A stretch of 64,000 bases of DNA, from NCBI GenBank assembly GCA_902525595.1, contig CABZHO010000001.1, positions 69,977-133,976 on the forward strand. The letters are read 5' to 3'. The notes below the pieces were generated by a model. It had not been told where the DNA came from and searched no databases. It saw only the letters and a list, made by a program, of their open reading frames with translations. Both the position numbers and the translations under genes were made by a program. Each line of letters starts with the position of its first letter. Within the stretch, counting starts at the first letter, position 1. This document shows positions 51,728 through 59,804 of the stretch, piece after piece. The stretch is from an uncultured Pelagibacteraceae bacterium. GTDB taxonomy: Bacteria > Pseudomonadota > Alphaproteobacteria > Pelagibacterales > AG-422-B15.

Positions 51728-54016
51728 TTAAGCCTTTTTTCCAAAAATTAAAAGTAAAGGTGGTAATAGTAATAAATCTATTAATAATGCAATTAAAATA
51801 ATTAAAGCACACATTCCTCCAACAATAAAATTATAATAGAACATTGACTGAGTTAAGAATAAGAATCCAGAAAACAGGCAAACCGATGCCACAACAATTG
51901 GATAACCAACATATCTAAAACAATATTGTATCGCTTCTTGTGGTGATAAGTTAATAGAGAGGGCCTTTTTATATTTTGATAAAAAATGTATGGTTGCATC
52001 CACAACTAAGCCGATTGAAATGAGCACAGCAAACTGATGAGCGGCAGTAACCATATTCGTAACTAATGTTAAAATTCCAAAACCTAAAACGAAGGGAATT
52101 ATGTTTGGAACAATGCTTATTAAACCGTATCTAAAGCTTCTTAAAGCAGATCCAACCACTAAGATTATAAATGAAAATGTAATTAATAATCCAATTACAA
52201 GTCCCCGAGTATTCTCAACGAATAGGTGTGGCATCATGATAGGAATCCCAGCAACACCCTCGGTACTATATGGTGCAATATTTTTATTAAGCCATTCATC
52301 CACTCTTTGTTTAAATGCTACCGCTTGCATAGACGTATTATTGTTGGATCTTATAAGCATTCTTGAGTCAGATTTATCAGCTGTCATTTGATTTTTTAAA
52401 TCCATTCCATATGGTACTGAAAATTCGTAAAGTAATAAATATTGCGCTATTAGTGCTTTATCATCTGGAATTTTGTAATATTCATCTAAGCCACCATTCA
52501 TATTTTTATGTAACGTTTTCACGACATCTGAAATTGTGGAAACGTCTGAAACCTCATCTTGAGATATAAGCCAACTCTCAAATTCATCTAACTTTTTAAG
52601 ATATTCTGGATTCGTTATACCATCAGTCTCATTTGATTGAACATCAGAGAATATATAGAAAGAGCTACCAAATTCTGGATCAACAACATTTTTTACTTCT
52701 AGCCAGGCAGGAACTCTATCAAAGTATGTTCCAAAAAAGTCATCGAAAGTTAAATTGGGTATAAGACTAAATACAGTAATACATAGTATTGAAATAATGA
52801 TTATGAATCTTTCTTTAAATTTGTAAATTACTTCTCCAAGTTTTTGCAGCACATTAATCACATAACTTTTTCTTTTTCTTGCCTTGATTGGAAGTAAAGA
52901 AAACATGGAAGGTAATAGAGTGACGCTCAAAATAAAACCAATCGCTGCACCGATAACAACTGTATTAGCCATCTCACTATACGCTGGAATATCTCCAAAA
53001 TTAATTCCAGCTATACCCACTGCGGTAGTGAAACTCGTTAAAAATATTGGTGAAAAATTAATTTTCAAACTTTCGATAATCGCTTCATTTTTTGTCATTC
53101 CTTCAGTCATGTTCGTTAAAGCAATCGATAGCATATGAATTGCATGTGTAAGAGAGATAGTGAGGATGATGATTGGTGCAGTAATTAGAGGTGGTTGTAC
53201 TTCAAATCCAAGCCATCCTGCAGCCCCAAGTGAAGGTAATATTGACAGAAGTATGACGGTTAACGAGATAATCGAAGCTACTACGGATCTTAGAAGAATA
53301 TAAGTTAATATTATAGTTAATAATAAAAAACTTGGATACATTTTGGTTGCATCTGACTCTGAAGTTGATTGAAAGTTTTGAGAAAATTGTGCAGAGCCTG
53401 CAACACCCACATAGACATTGTTATATTTTTTTTCAAAATATTCTTTTTGTTTCCAAGCAAAATCAATAGGCTCTTTGAAGTTTATATCATCAGGCATTTC
53501 AAGATTGATATTTATTAAACCAATTTTGCCACTTTCAGACATTGCAAAATTAACGACTGCATCTTCGGTAACAGCTAAACTGTAAAGGTTTTCAATTTCT
53601 GCTTGGCTCATCTTGCTAATATCGTTAACAAAGTCGCTTATTGAGATATCGTCACCCTCAACAGTTGTATATTGGTGGTTAGTAATAGAACTAACCCTTG
53701 ATGAATACGGCGTCTGCCAAGAAATTTCAGTCAATTCATGGATAAGATTTAAAACTTCTCTTTGAAAAATGCTGCCAGTGTCAGGTTTCACAACGTAAGT
53801 TAAAACGTCAATATTTCCGTATTTCTCCTCTAAGTCTAAAACATCCTGATAGTACTTAAAATCGTCTTCCACAAAACCTCTGTAACCGGACGGAGTTTCA
53901 AGAAATTTCATACCGAAGGTAATTGTAAAAATGATAATTAATGTGCTGAAAATTACTTTAATTCGATGATTAATGAGAATCTTTCCAAAATTTTCAATTC
54001 TATCTTCTAAATTCAT
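51728..54016 (-). CDS. MMPL/RND-superfamily transporter (12 TM, two periplasmic loops)
   Basis: Two blocks of about 6 TM helices, each preceded by a large soluble loop. About 760 aa. I prefer ATG 54016 to the track's TTG 54046. Confidence 0.85.
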   Translation of the reverse strand: MNLEDRIENFGKILINHRIKVIFSTLIIIFTITFGMKFLETPSGYRGFVEDDFKYYQDVLDLEEKYGNIDVLTYVVKPDTGSIFQREVLNLIHELTEISWQTPYSSRVSSITNHQYTTVEGDDISISDFVNDISKMSQAEIENLYSLAVTEDAVVNFAMSESGKIGLININLEMPDDINFKEPIDFAWKQKEYFEKKYNNVYVGVAGSAQFSQNFQSTSESDATKMYPSFLLLTIILTYILLRSVVASIISLTVILLSILPSLGAAGWLGFEVQPPLITAPIIILTISLTHAIHMLSIALTNMTEGMTKNEAIIESLKINFSPIFLTSFTTAVGIAGINFGDIPAYSEMANTVVIGAAIGFILSVTLLPSMFSLLPIKARKRKSYVINVLQKLGEVIYKFKERFIIIISILCITVFSLIPNLTFDDFFGTYFDRVPAWLEVKNVVDPEFGSSFYIFSDVQSNETDGITNPEYLKKLDEFESWLISQDEVSDVSTISDVVKTLHKNMNGGLDEYYKIPDDKALIAQYLLLYEFSVPYGMDLKNQMTADKSDSRMLIRSNNNTSMQAVAFKQRVDEWLNKNIAPYSTEGVAGIPIMMPHLFVENTRGLVIGLLITFSFIILVVGSALRSFRYGLISIVPNIIPFVLGFGILTLVTNMVTAAHQFAVLISIGLVVDATIHFLSKYKKALSINLSPQEAIQYCFRYVGYPIVVASVCLFSGFLFLTQSMFYYNFIVGGMCALIILIALLIDLLLLPPLLLIFGKKA

Positions 54017-54055
54017 ATGGAAGACTATATACCTTCTTTTAGACAATTAACCAGT

Positions 54056-55006
54056 ATGAATAATAGCAAAAAAATATTATTAGTTTCACCTCGTGGCTTT
54101 TGCGCTGGTGTAACGCGTGCTATTGAGATTGTTGAACTTGCCCTTCAAAAGTATGGGTCGCCAGTTTATGTCAACCATGAGATAGTGCATAATAAATACG
54201 TTATAGAAGAATTAACTAATAAGGGAGCTATATTTCTTGATAATATAAATGACGCTCCTTCTGACAGACCATTCATTTTATCTGCTCATGGTGTTTCAAA
54301 GGATGTTGAAAGTTATGCAAATAAAAATAGTGATGTCGTTATTGATGCAACATGTCCGCTTGTGACAAAAGTTCATGTTCAGGCTCTTAAGTTTTTTGAA
54401 AAGGGATATAAAATTGTTCTAATAGGGCACAAGAATCATCCAGAAGTAATTGGAACTATGGGTCAATTACCCCCTAATTCAATTTTTCTTGTTGAAGCTG
54501 TAGAAGATGTTAAAAAAGTATCGGTCGATAAAAATGAAAAAATTGCTTATCTCACACAGACCACTCTTTCAATTGATGATACAAAAAATATTATAAACGC
54601 ACTCAAGTTAAAATATCCTGAGATAGGGGCATCACCTAAAGAAGATATTTGTTATGCTACATCAAATCGTCAGAAAGCTATTAAAGAGTATGCAAAGATG
54701 TGCGACTCTTTCATAGTTGTTGGATCAAATAATTCTTCAAATTCAAATCGTCTAGTCGAAGTAGCAAAAAAAGCCGGATGTAAAAAAACCATTCTTTTAG
54801 AAAATGATTATCATTTAAAAATTTCAGATTTTTATTCTGATAATGTAATAGGGGTTTCTTCTGGAGCTTCAGTACCAGAAATATTAGTTCAAAATGTAAT
54901 AAATAGATTTAAATCTCATTACAAAATTGATTTAGAAGAAGTAAGTTTAGGTGAGGAACATGTAACCTTCAAACTCCCACGGGAATTAAGAGTTGAACAT
55001 AAATAA
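54056..55006 (+). CDS. ispH: 4-hydroxy-3-methylbut-2-enyl diphosphate reductase
   Basis: PRGFCAGV, ATCPLVTKVH and SSNSNRL Cys/motif set. Start moved to ATG 54056. Confidence 0.93.
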   Translation: MNNSKKILLVSPRGFCAGVTRAIEIVELALQKYGSPVYVNHEIVHNKYVIEELTNKGAIFLDNINDAPSDRPFILSAHGVSKDVESYANKNSDVVIDATCPLVTKVHVQALKFFEKGYKIVLIGHKNHPEVIGTMGQLPPNSIFLVEAVEDVKKVSVDKNEKIAYLTQTTLSIDDTKNIINALKLKYPEIGASPKEDICYATSNRQKAIKEYAKMCDSFIVVGSNNSSNSNRLVEVAKKAGCKKTILLENDYHLKISDFYSDNVIGVSSGASVPEILVQNVINRFKSHYKIDLEEVSLGEEHVTFKLPRELRVEHK

Positions 55007-55439
55007 ATTAAATTGGGATTTTTCTAATCCTCATACTTTATCATTTACTGTGAAAGAAAGTGATATTGATATATTAGGTCACGTAAATAATAAAGTTTAC
55101 TTAAACTGGTGTGAAACCGTAAGTTGGGATCATTCAAAAAAACTTGGTATAACACCGAATACGTATCTTGACCTTAAGTGTGCATGCGTTGTTATTAAAA
55201 GTGAAAATAATTTTAAAGGTTCTTTATATACTCACGATAATATAGAAATATCAACCTGGATAATTGATACAGATCACAAAATTAAATTAAGTAGATATTT
55301 TCAAATAATAAATATTTCGAATAATCAAACCGTTTTCACATCAAGAGTCGATTATGCTTGTATTAGTTTAAATAACTTTAAACCAGTTAGAATGCCTGAA
55401 TTATTCAGGAAAAAATACGTAATCACAACAAATGCATAA
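54993..55439 (+). CDS. hotdog-fold acyl-CoA thioesterase (4HBT/YbgC-like)
   Basis: 148 aa with the D.D..GHVNN catalytic N-terminal motif. Confidence 0.75.
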   Translation: MNINKLNWDFSNPHTLSFTVKESDIDILGHVNNKVYLNWCETVSWDHSKKLGITPNTYLDLKCACVVIKSENNFKGSLYTHDNIEISTWIIDTDHKIKLSRYFQIINISNNQTVFTSRVDYACISLNNFKPVRMPELFRKKYVITTNA

Positions 55440-55920
55440 TTTAAGAAATGTAAAAATAGATGATTTAAAAGATATTATTGAAATTAATGAAGAGTCTATT
55501 CCCGCTGTGAACACCGTTTCTCACATGCAATTTAAATCTTTTCTGAGAGATTGTATTTATTTTAAAGTAGTTACTAATCGCTCCCAGAAAATTTGCGGAT
55601 TTCTTCTCGTCCTTCCCTCAGGCCTTGAATATGATAGTTTAAATTATAAATGGTTCAGTAGTCGATACGAAAAATTCGCTTACATTGACCGTATTGCAAT
55701 ATCTAAAAATTGGCGTAACAAGGGCATGGGAAAGAGTCTTTACACAGATCTTGAGAACACTTTAAAAGATTATAAATTAATTGCTTGTGAATTTAATGTG
55801 ATACCACTTAATCAAGTATCAAAACAATTTCACGAAAGCCTTGATTATGAAAACGTTGGTTTCCAATTGACTGAAAATGGAACAAAAAAAGTATCTTTAA
55901 TGACTAAAAAAATTATATGA
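55432..55920 (+). CDS. GNAT family N-acetyltransferase
   Basis: Acetyl-CoA binding motif RNKGMGKSLY in a 162-aa protein. Confidence 0.75.
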   Translation: MHNLRNVKIDDLKDIIEINEESIPAVNTVSHMQFKSFLRDCIYFKVVTNRSQKICGFLLVLPSGLEYDSLNYKWFSSRYEKFAYIDRIAISKNWRNKGMGKSLYTDLENTLKDYKLIACEFNVIPLNQVSKQFHESLDYENVGFQLTENGTKKVSLMTKKII

Positions 55921-57026
55921 GTCAAAATTTTATTGATGCACTTATTATTGGCGGTGGGGTAATTGGTCTAGCTATAGCCAAAACGATATCTCAAAAAGGT
56001 ATGCAGGTAATAGTTGTTGAAAATGAGGATACCATTGGATCGATTACGAGTTCACGTAACAGTGGCGTTATTCATGCCGGTGTTTATTATGACAGTGGTT
56101 CATTAAAAGCTAGATTTTGTGCAGATGGAAATCGTAAATTGTATGAGTATTGTAACAAATTTAACGTTCCTCATCTTAATACTGGTAAATTTATTGTTGC
56201 GACTACTGAAAATGAAATTCCAATCCTTGATAGCATACACATAAAAGCAAAGGATAACGGTGTAACGGGTATTGAAAGGGTTTCAGGACAGTTTGTTAAA
56301 AATAAAGAGCCATTGATTAAGTGTGAAGAAGCCCTGTATGTTCCTTCATCTGGAATTGTAGACCAAGGATCGTTAATGAGGTCATATCTTGGTGAATTTG
56401 AAGATCAGTCAGGTAATGTGGCGTTTAAAAGTAAGTTCATAAAATCAAATTTTAAAAATGACAATCATGTAAGTACCATTAGAAATGCCAGTGAAGAGAT
56501 TACAATTGAGTCAAGAATATTGATTAATGCAGCTGGTTTAAGGGCTGAACAAGTAGCAAAAAATATTGATGTTTTAGACAAAAAATACATTCCCAAAACA
56601 TTTTTTGCCAAAGGAAATTATTTCGAAACTGGAAAAGATTTAAAAATTAGACACCTAATTTATCCAATTCCAAATGAGGCAAGTCTTGGGCTTCACCTAG
56701 GATTAGATTTGGGTATGCAGGTCCGTTTCGGTCCAGACGTTGAATGGGTCGAAGAACTTAATTATGATGTAAATAATGATAGGCTTGAGGCATTCTATAA
56801 CGATATAAAAAAATATTTACCATCAATAGATAAAAGTATTTTAAGAGCCGGTTATTCTGGAATAAGACCTAAATTAAAAAATAAAGGTGAAGGTAAAAGT
56901 GATTTTAATATTCAAGATGAAACAGTTCATGGCATTAAAAATTTGATTAATTTATTTGGGATGGAGTCACCTGGATTAACATCCTCATTAGTTATCGGTG
57001 ATTTTGTAAGTGATTTAATAGCTTAG
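55917..57026 (+). CDS. FAD-dependent oxidoreductase, L-2-hydroxyglutarate oxidase (LhgO)-like
   Basis: N-terminal IIGGGVIGLAIA dinucleotide fold and NSGVIHAGVYY. 369 aa. Confidence 0.6.
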   Translation: MSQNFIDALIIGGGVIGLAIAKTISQKGMQVIVVENEDTIGSITSSRNSGVIHAGVYYDSGSLKARFCADGNRKLYEYCNKFNVPHLNTGKFIVATTENEIPILDSIHIKAKDNGVTGIERVSGQFVKNKEPLIKCEEALYVPSSGIVDQGSLMRSYLGEFEDQSGNVAFKSKFIKSNFKNDNHVSTIRNASEEITIESRILINAAGLRAEQVAKNIDVLDKKYIPKTFFAKGNYFETGKDLKIRHLIYPIPNEASLGLHLGLDLGMQVRFGPDVEWVEELNYDVNNDRLEAFYNDIKKYLPSIDKSILRAGYSGIRPKLKNKGEGKSDFNIQDETVHGIKNLINLFGMESPGLTSSLVIGDFVSDLIA

Positions 57027-57030
57027 TAAG

Positions 57031-57906
57031 CTAATTCTTTTTTTGCGCATTTGAAATGTAAGATTTCATTTTCATCATCGCGCTTTTTTCAATCTGTCGA
57101 ACTCTTTCTTTTGAGATGTTTAATTCTTTACCTAAAATATCAAGTGTTTTGACACCTTCAGATAAATGTCTGTCCTTAATGATTTTTATTTCTCTTTCAT
57201 CCAGAATTTCAAGTGTTTTTGTAATAAGTTCTTTTTTATAATTTACCTCATCCTTCTCAAATATCTTGTCGTCAGGTCTAGCTTCTTCATCTTCTATAAG
57301 TTCCATAAACTCACTTTGACTTTCATCATTTATTTTATGATTAAGTGAGCTATCATTTTGACTTATTCTACTATCCATTTTTATTACATCAGACGTTGAT
57401 ATATTTAAGTCATTGGCTATACCTTGAGCAGTTCTAAAATCGATAGAACCGTGTTCTGTTTGGTGAATTTTTTGTTTTAATTTTCTTAAACTAAAAAATA
57501 AGCTCTTTTGCTTTGAGGTAGTAGCAATTCTAACGAGAGACCAATTTTTTAACACAAAATCTTGTATGGAGGCTCTAATCCACCAGCCGGCATAAGTGGA
57601 AAATCTAACTTCTTTCTCAATTTCAAATCTCTCAGCAGCTTTCATCAAACCAATATTACCTTCTTGAATCAGGTCACTAAGATTTAATCCATAATTTTTA
57701 TATTTTACGGCAAATGCAATAACCAATCTAATGTGGGATTGCGTAAGTTCGTGTAAAGCCTTCTCATCCTTATTTTTTGTCCATTTTTTTGCTAGTTGCT
57801 TTTCATGGCTCTCTTCAAGCAATGGTATGGACATTGCTTTTTTAACAAAAGATTTCATTTCATTACTGTCGTCAAAATTATTCATGAATGCAAAATACAA
57901 ATGCAT
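57031..57906 (-). CDS. rpoH: RNA polymerase sigma-32 (heat shock) factor
   Basis: Region 2 LIQEGNIGLMKAAERFE, RpoH-box-like KQKSLFFSLRKLK, and region 4 ISKERVRQIE. Confidence 0.9.
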   Translation of the reverse strand: MHLYFAFMNNFDDSNEMKSFVKKAMSIPLLEESHEKQLAKKWTKNKDEKALHELTQSHIRLVIAFAVKYKNYGLNLSDLIQEGNIGLMKAAERFEIEKEVRFSTYAGWWIRASIQDFVLKNWSLVRIATTSKQKSLFFSLRKLKQKIHQTEHGSIDFRTAQGIANDLNISTSDVIKMDSRISQNDSSLNHKINDESQSEFMELIEDEEARPDDKIFEKDEVNYKKELITKTLEILDEREIKIIKDRHLSEGVKTLDILGKELNISKERVRQIEKSAMMKMKSYISNAQKKN

Positions 57907-57969
57907 TGAGAAAACACAAATTGAATCGTATATTATAGCAATATAAAATCTGCCAATGTGGCCTAAAAA

Positions 57970-58311
57970 ATGATGAAAGATATTGTAAAATTTGAAGATT
58001 TTCTAAAAATTGAAATATTAGTTGGAACTATAATATCTGTAAAAATGAATGAAAAAGCCAGAAAACCAGCTTACGTTTTAACAGTTGATTTTGGTCCAGA
58101 ACTTGGAAAAAAACAAAGTTCTGCACAGATTACAAAGTATCAAGAAAAAGATCTGCTTAATAGGCAGATTATTGCAGTTTATAATTTTGATAAAAAAAAT
58201 ATTGCAGGTGTTGAGTCTGAAATTCTTATTTTGGGAGCTATCAATAATGAAGATGAGGTTATACTATTAGAACCAAGGCAAAAGGTTCAAGATGGTGCAA
58301 AAATAGCCTAA
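57970..58311 (+). CDS. tRNA-binding domain protein (CsaA/YgjH-like)
   Basis: 113-aa OB-fold pattern F.K.E..VG.I......K...P.Y.L.VD.G. Confidence 0.75.
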   Translation: MMKDIVKFEDFLKIEILVGTIISVKMNEKARKPAYVLTVDFGPELGKKQSSAQITKYQEKDLLNRQIIAVYNFDKKNIAGVESEILILGAINNEDEVILLEPRQKVQDGAKIA

Positions 58312-58314
58312 GAG

Positions 58315-58391
58315 TGGCGCGCTCGAGATGATTCGAACATCCGACCCCAGGATTAGGAATCCTGTGCTCTATCCTACTGAGCTACGAGCGC
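58315..58391 (-). tRNA. tRNA-Arg (anticodon CCU)
   Basis: The reverse complement folds as acceptor GCGCUCG/CGAGCGC, D-arm GCUC-AGUAGGAUA-GAGC, anticodon stem CAGGA/UCCUG with loop UUCCUAA, T-arm GGAUG-UUCGAAU-CAUCU, and GCCA end. Confidence 0.9.
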
Positions 58392-58423
58392 CAATAAACA
58401 CAAAATAAACTACCTTCATCAGT

Positions 58424-58497
58424 AAAAAATATTTTTTTTATTTTATTTTTTTTATTTTAAATTTTTTTTTAATTTTTAAAAAAAAATTCAATAATCA
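58424..58497. repeat. block of consecutive A- and T-homopolymer tracts (almost pure A/T)
   Basis: aaaaaatattttttttattttattttttttattttaaatttttttttaatttttaaaaaaaaa read directly. Tract spacing is roughly one helical turn. Confidence 0.9.
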
Positions 58498-58579
58498 TAA
58501 GTATTTAAATTATTTTACTGATATTTTAAAACATCTAAAAAATTTTCCAATTATACCAAAATATAAAAAGACTGAAAAA

Positions 58580-58608
58580 TTGACAGTTTTTAATAAAAGT
58601 TTAATCAT
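58580..58608 (+). promoter_or_regulatory. candidate sigma-70 promoter of the Lys-rich protein gene
   Basis: TTGACA, then 17 nt, then AATCAT, about 70 nt upstream of the ATG and downstream of the A/T-tract block. Confidence 0.4.
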
Positions 58609-58619
58609 TGAATTAGAAC

Positions 58620-58634
58620 GAATCAATTTGATTC
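58620..58634. promoter_or_regulatory. perfect 7-1-7 palindrome in the 5' leader
   Basis: GAATCAA-T-TTGATTC lies between the putative promoter and the strong GGGGGGAGA Shine-Dalgarno. Confidence 0.3.
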
Positions 58635-58676
58635 ATCTACTAACCTCTAACTAAACCCAAATGGGGGGAGATAATT

Positions 58677-58916
58677 ATGGAGGAACTTAAAGTAATCTTT
58701 GCAAAAGCAAAGAAAAAGGCTAAGAAAAAAGCGGCGCCTAAAAAGAAAAAGAAGGCCGCAAAAAGGAAGCCAGCTAAAAAGAAAAAAGCAGCTCCTAAAA
58801 AGAAAAAGAAAGCCGCTAAAAGGAAGCCAGCTAAAAAGAAAAAAGCGGCTCCTAAAAAGAAAAAGAAAGCCGCTAAAAAGAAAAAGAAAGCAGCTAAAAA
58901 GAAAAAAAGAAGATAA
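58677..58916 (+). CDS. 79-aa lysine/alanine/proline-rich histone H1-like basic protein
   Basis: Strong SD (GGGGGGAGA) 6 nt upstream. After MEELKVIFA the sequence contains only K/A/P/R (44 K of 79 by my count). Followed by tandem intrinsic terminators. Confidence 0.75.
   Translation: MEELKVIFAKAKKKAKKKAAPKKKKKAAKRKPAKKKKAAPKKKKKAAKRKPAKKKKAAPKKKKKAAKKKKKAAKKKKRR
58731..58910 (+). repeat. 57-nt (19-codon) in-frame tandem repeat, two full units plus a degenerate third
   Basis: Units start at 58731, 58788 and 58845, each encoding AAPKKKKKAAKRKPAKKKK. The first two units differ only at a few bases. Confidence 0.9.
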
Positions 58917-58918
58917 TA

Positions 58919-58946
58919 AGCATTGATTAATCAGTGCTTTTTTTTT
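58919..58946 (+). terminator. intrinsic terminator
   Basis: AGCAUUGA-UUAA-UCAGUGCU (8 bp including one G-U pair) followed by a run of 8 U. Confidence 0.75.
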
Positions 58947-58947
58947 G

Positions 58948-58980
58948 CGCCCTTAGTTTAATAAACTAGGGGCGTTTTTT
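58948..58980. terminator. second hairpin, possibly a bidirectional terminator, overlapping the carD stop
   Basis: CGCCCUUAGUUUA / UAAACUAGGGGCG forms an 11-12 bp stem. There is a U6 run on the + strand and an A-rich flank on the other side. Confidence 0.55.
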
Positions 58981-59798
58981 AATTTATCTCTTCCTAAAAT
59001 CTTATCGATTTTTTTAATTGCGTTCTCCTCAGTGATTTTGAGTCCTGCTATAACTTCTCTTAAAAATCTATCATATGAAAGCTCAAATAACTGTCTCTCA
59101 CTATAAGATTGTTCAATTTGATTGTTTGCTCTATTCAAATCTCTAACAACCTCAGCTATTTGCTCAATATCACCTGAATTTATTTTTAAGTCGTACTCCT
59201 GAGCTCTTCTGCTCCACATCGTTCTTTTTATTTTAGCCTTTTGAGAGAGTATTTTAAGCACTGTTTGAATTTTTGAGGGTTTGGAGACTTTCCTTAAATT
59301 CAATGATTTTGCTTTTTCAACAGGAACACGAAGTATTAATTTATCCCTGATGAATTCGATTACATACATCTCGAGCTTTTGACCTACAACTTCTCTTTTT
59401 TCAATATCAATCACTTGCCCAACTCCATGTGTCGGATAAACTACGTGGTCTTTAGTATTAAAGATCTTTTTTACTTTTTTTTCTTTTATAGTTTTAATTT
59501 CAAGAAATTTTTTAACTTTTTTTGCTTGATAATGAGCTGGATTAATAATTCTATTATTAACTTTTTTATCTGATTGAGGTGGTAACTTAGGTTCTGAAAA
59601 TTTTTTTTTGGACTTCTTTTTCTCAGCTTTCTTTTTTATAGGTTTAGATTTAACTTTCTTTTCTATCTTCGCTTTACTTTTTATAGAATTTTTTTTCTTT
59701 GTTACTTTTTTCTGTTGAGTTTTCTTTTTAGAGGCTATTTTCTTTTTAGTTTTTTTAACCTTAACTTTTGTTTTGGACGATTTCTTTTTTTTTAACAT
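58953..59798 (-). CDS. carD: CarD/CdnL-family RNA polymerase-binding regulator with ~110-aa polylysine N-terminal extension
   Basis: The CarD_CdnL_TRCF core starts near residue 115 (DHVVYPTHGVGQVIDIE....YVIEF). Residues 1-67 contain 36 Lys by my count. Confidence 0.85.
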   Translation of the reverse strand: MLKKKKSSKTKVKVKKTKKKIASKKKTQQKKVTKKKNSIKSKAKIEKKVKSKPIKKKAEKKKSKKKFSEPKLPPQSDKKVNNRIINPAHYQAKKVKKFLEIKTIKEKKVKKIFNTKDHVVYPTHGVGQVIDIEKREVVGQKLEMYVIEFIRDKLILRVPVEKAKSLNLRKVSKPSKIQTVLKILSQKAKIKRTMWSRRAQEYDLKINSGDIEQIAEVVRDLNRANNQIEQSYSERQLFELSYDRFLREVIAGLKITEENAIKKIDKILGRDKLKNAPSLLN

Positions 59799-59804
59799 AT
59801 TTTA

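Noticed and set aside
58315-58676. tRNA-Arg followed by an anomalous AT-rich stretch, as a possible genomic-island integration site.
   Set aside because: I could find no integrase, no direct repeat of the tRNA 3' end, and no cargo genes. The flanking genes (csaA-like, carD, fdxA) are core-type.
58731-58910. Possible CRISPR-like or minisatellite array because of near-identical 57-nt repeats.
   Set aside because: The repeats are directly contiguous with no spacers, in-frame and inside a CDS. No cas genes are present.
58699-58926. Alternative-frame 75-aa ORF (MQKQRKRLRKKRR...) overlapping the polylysine gene.
   Set aside because: It is a by-product of the purine-rich repeat, where any frame stays open. 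It lacks an SD, whereas the 58677 frame has GGGGGGAGA at the ideal distance.
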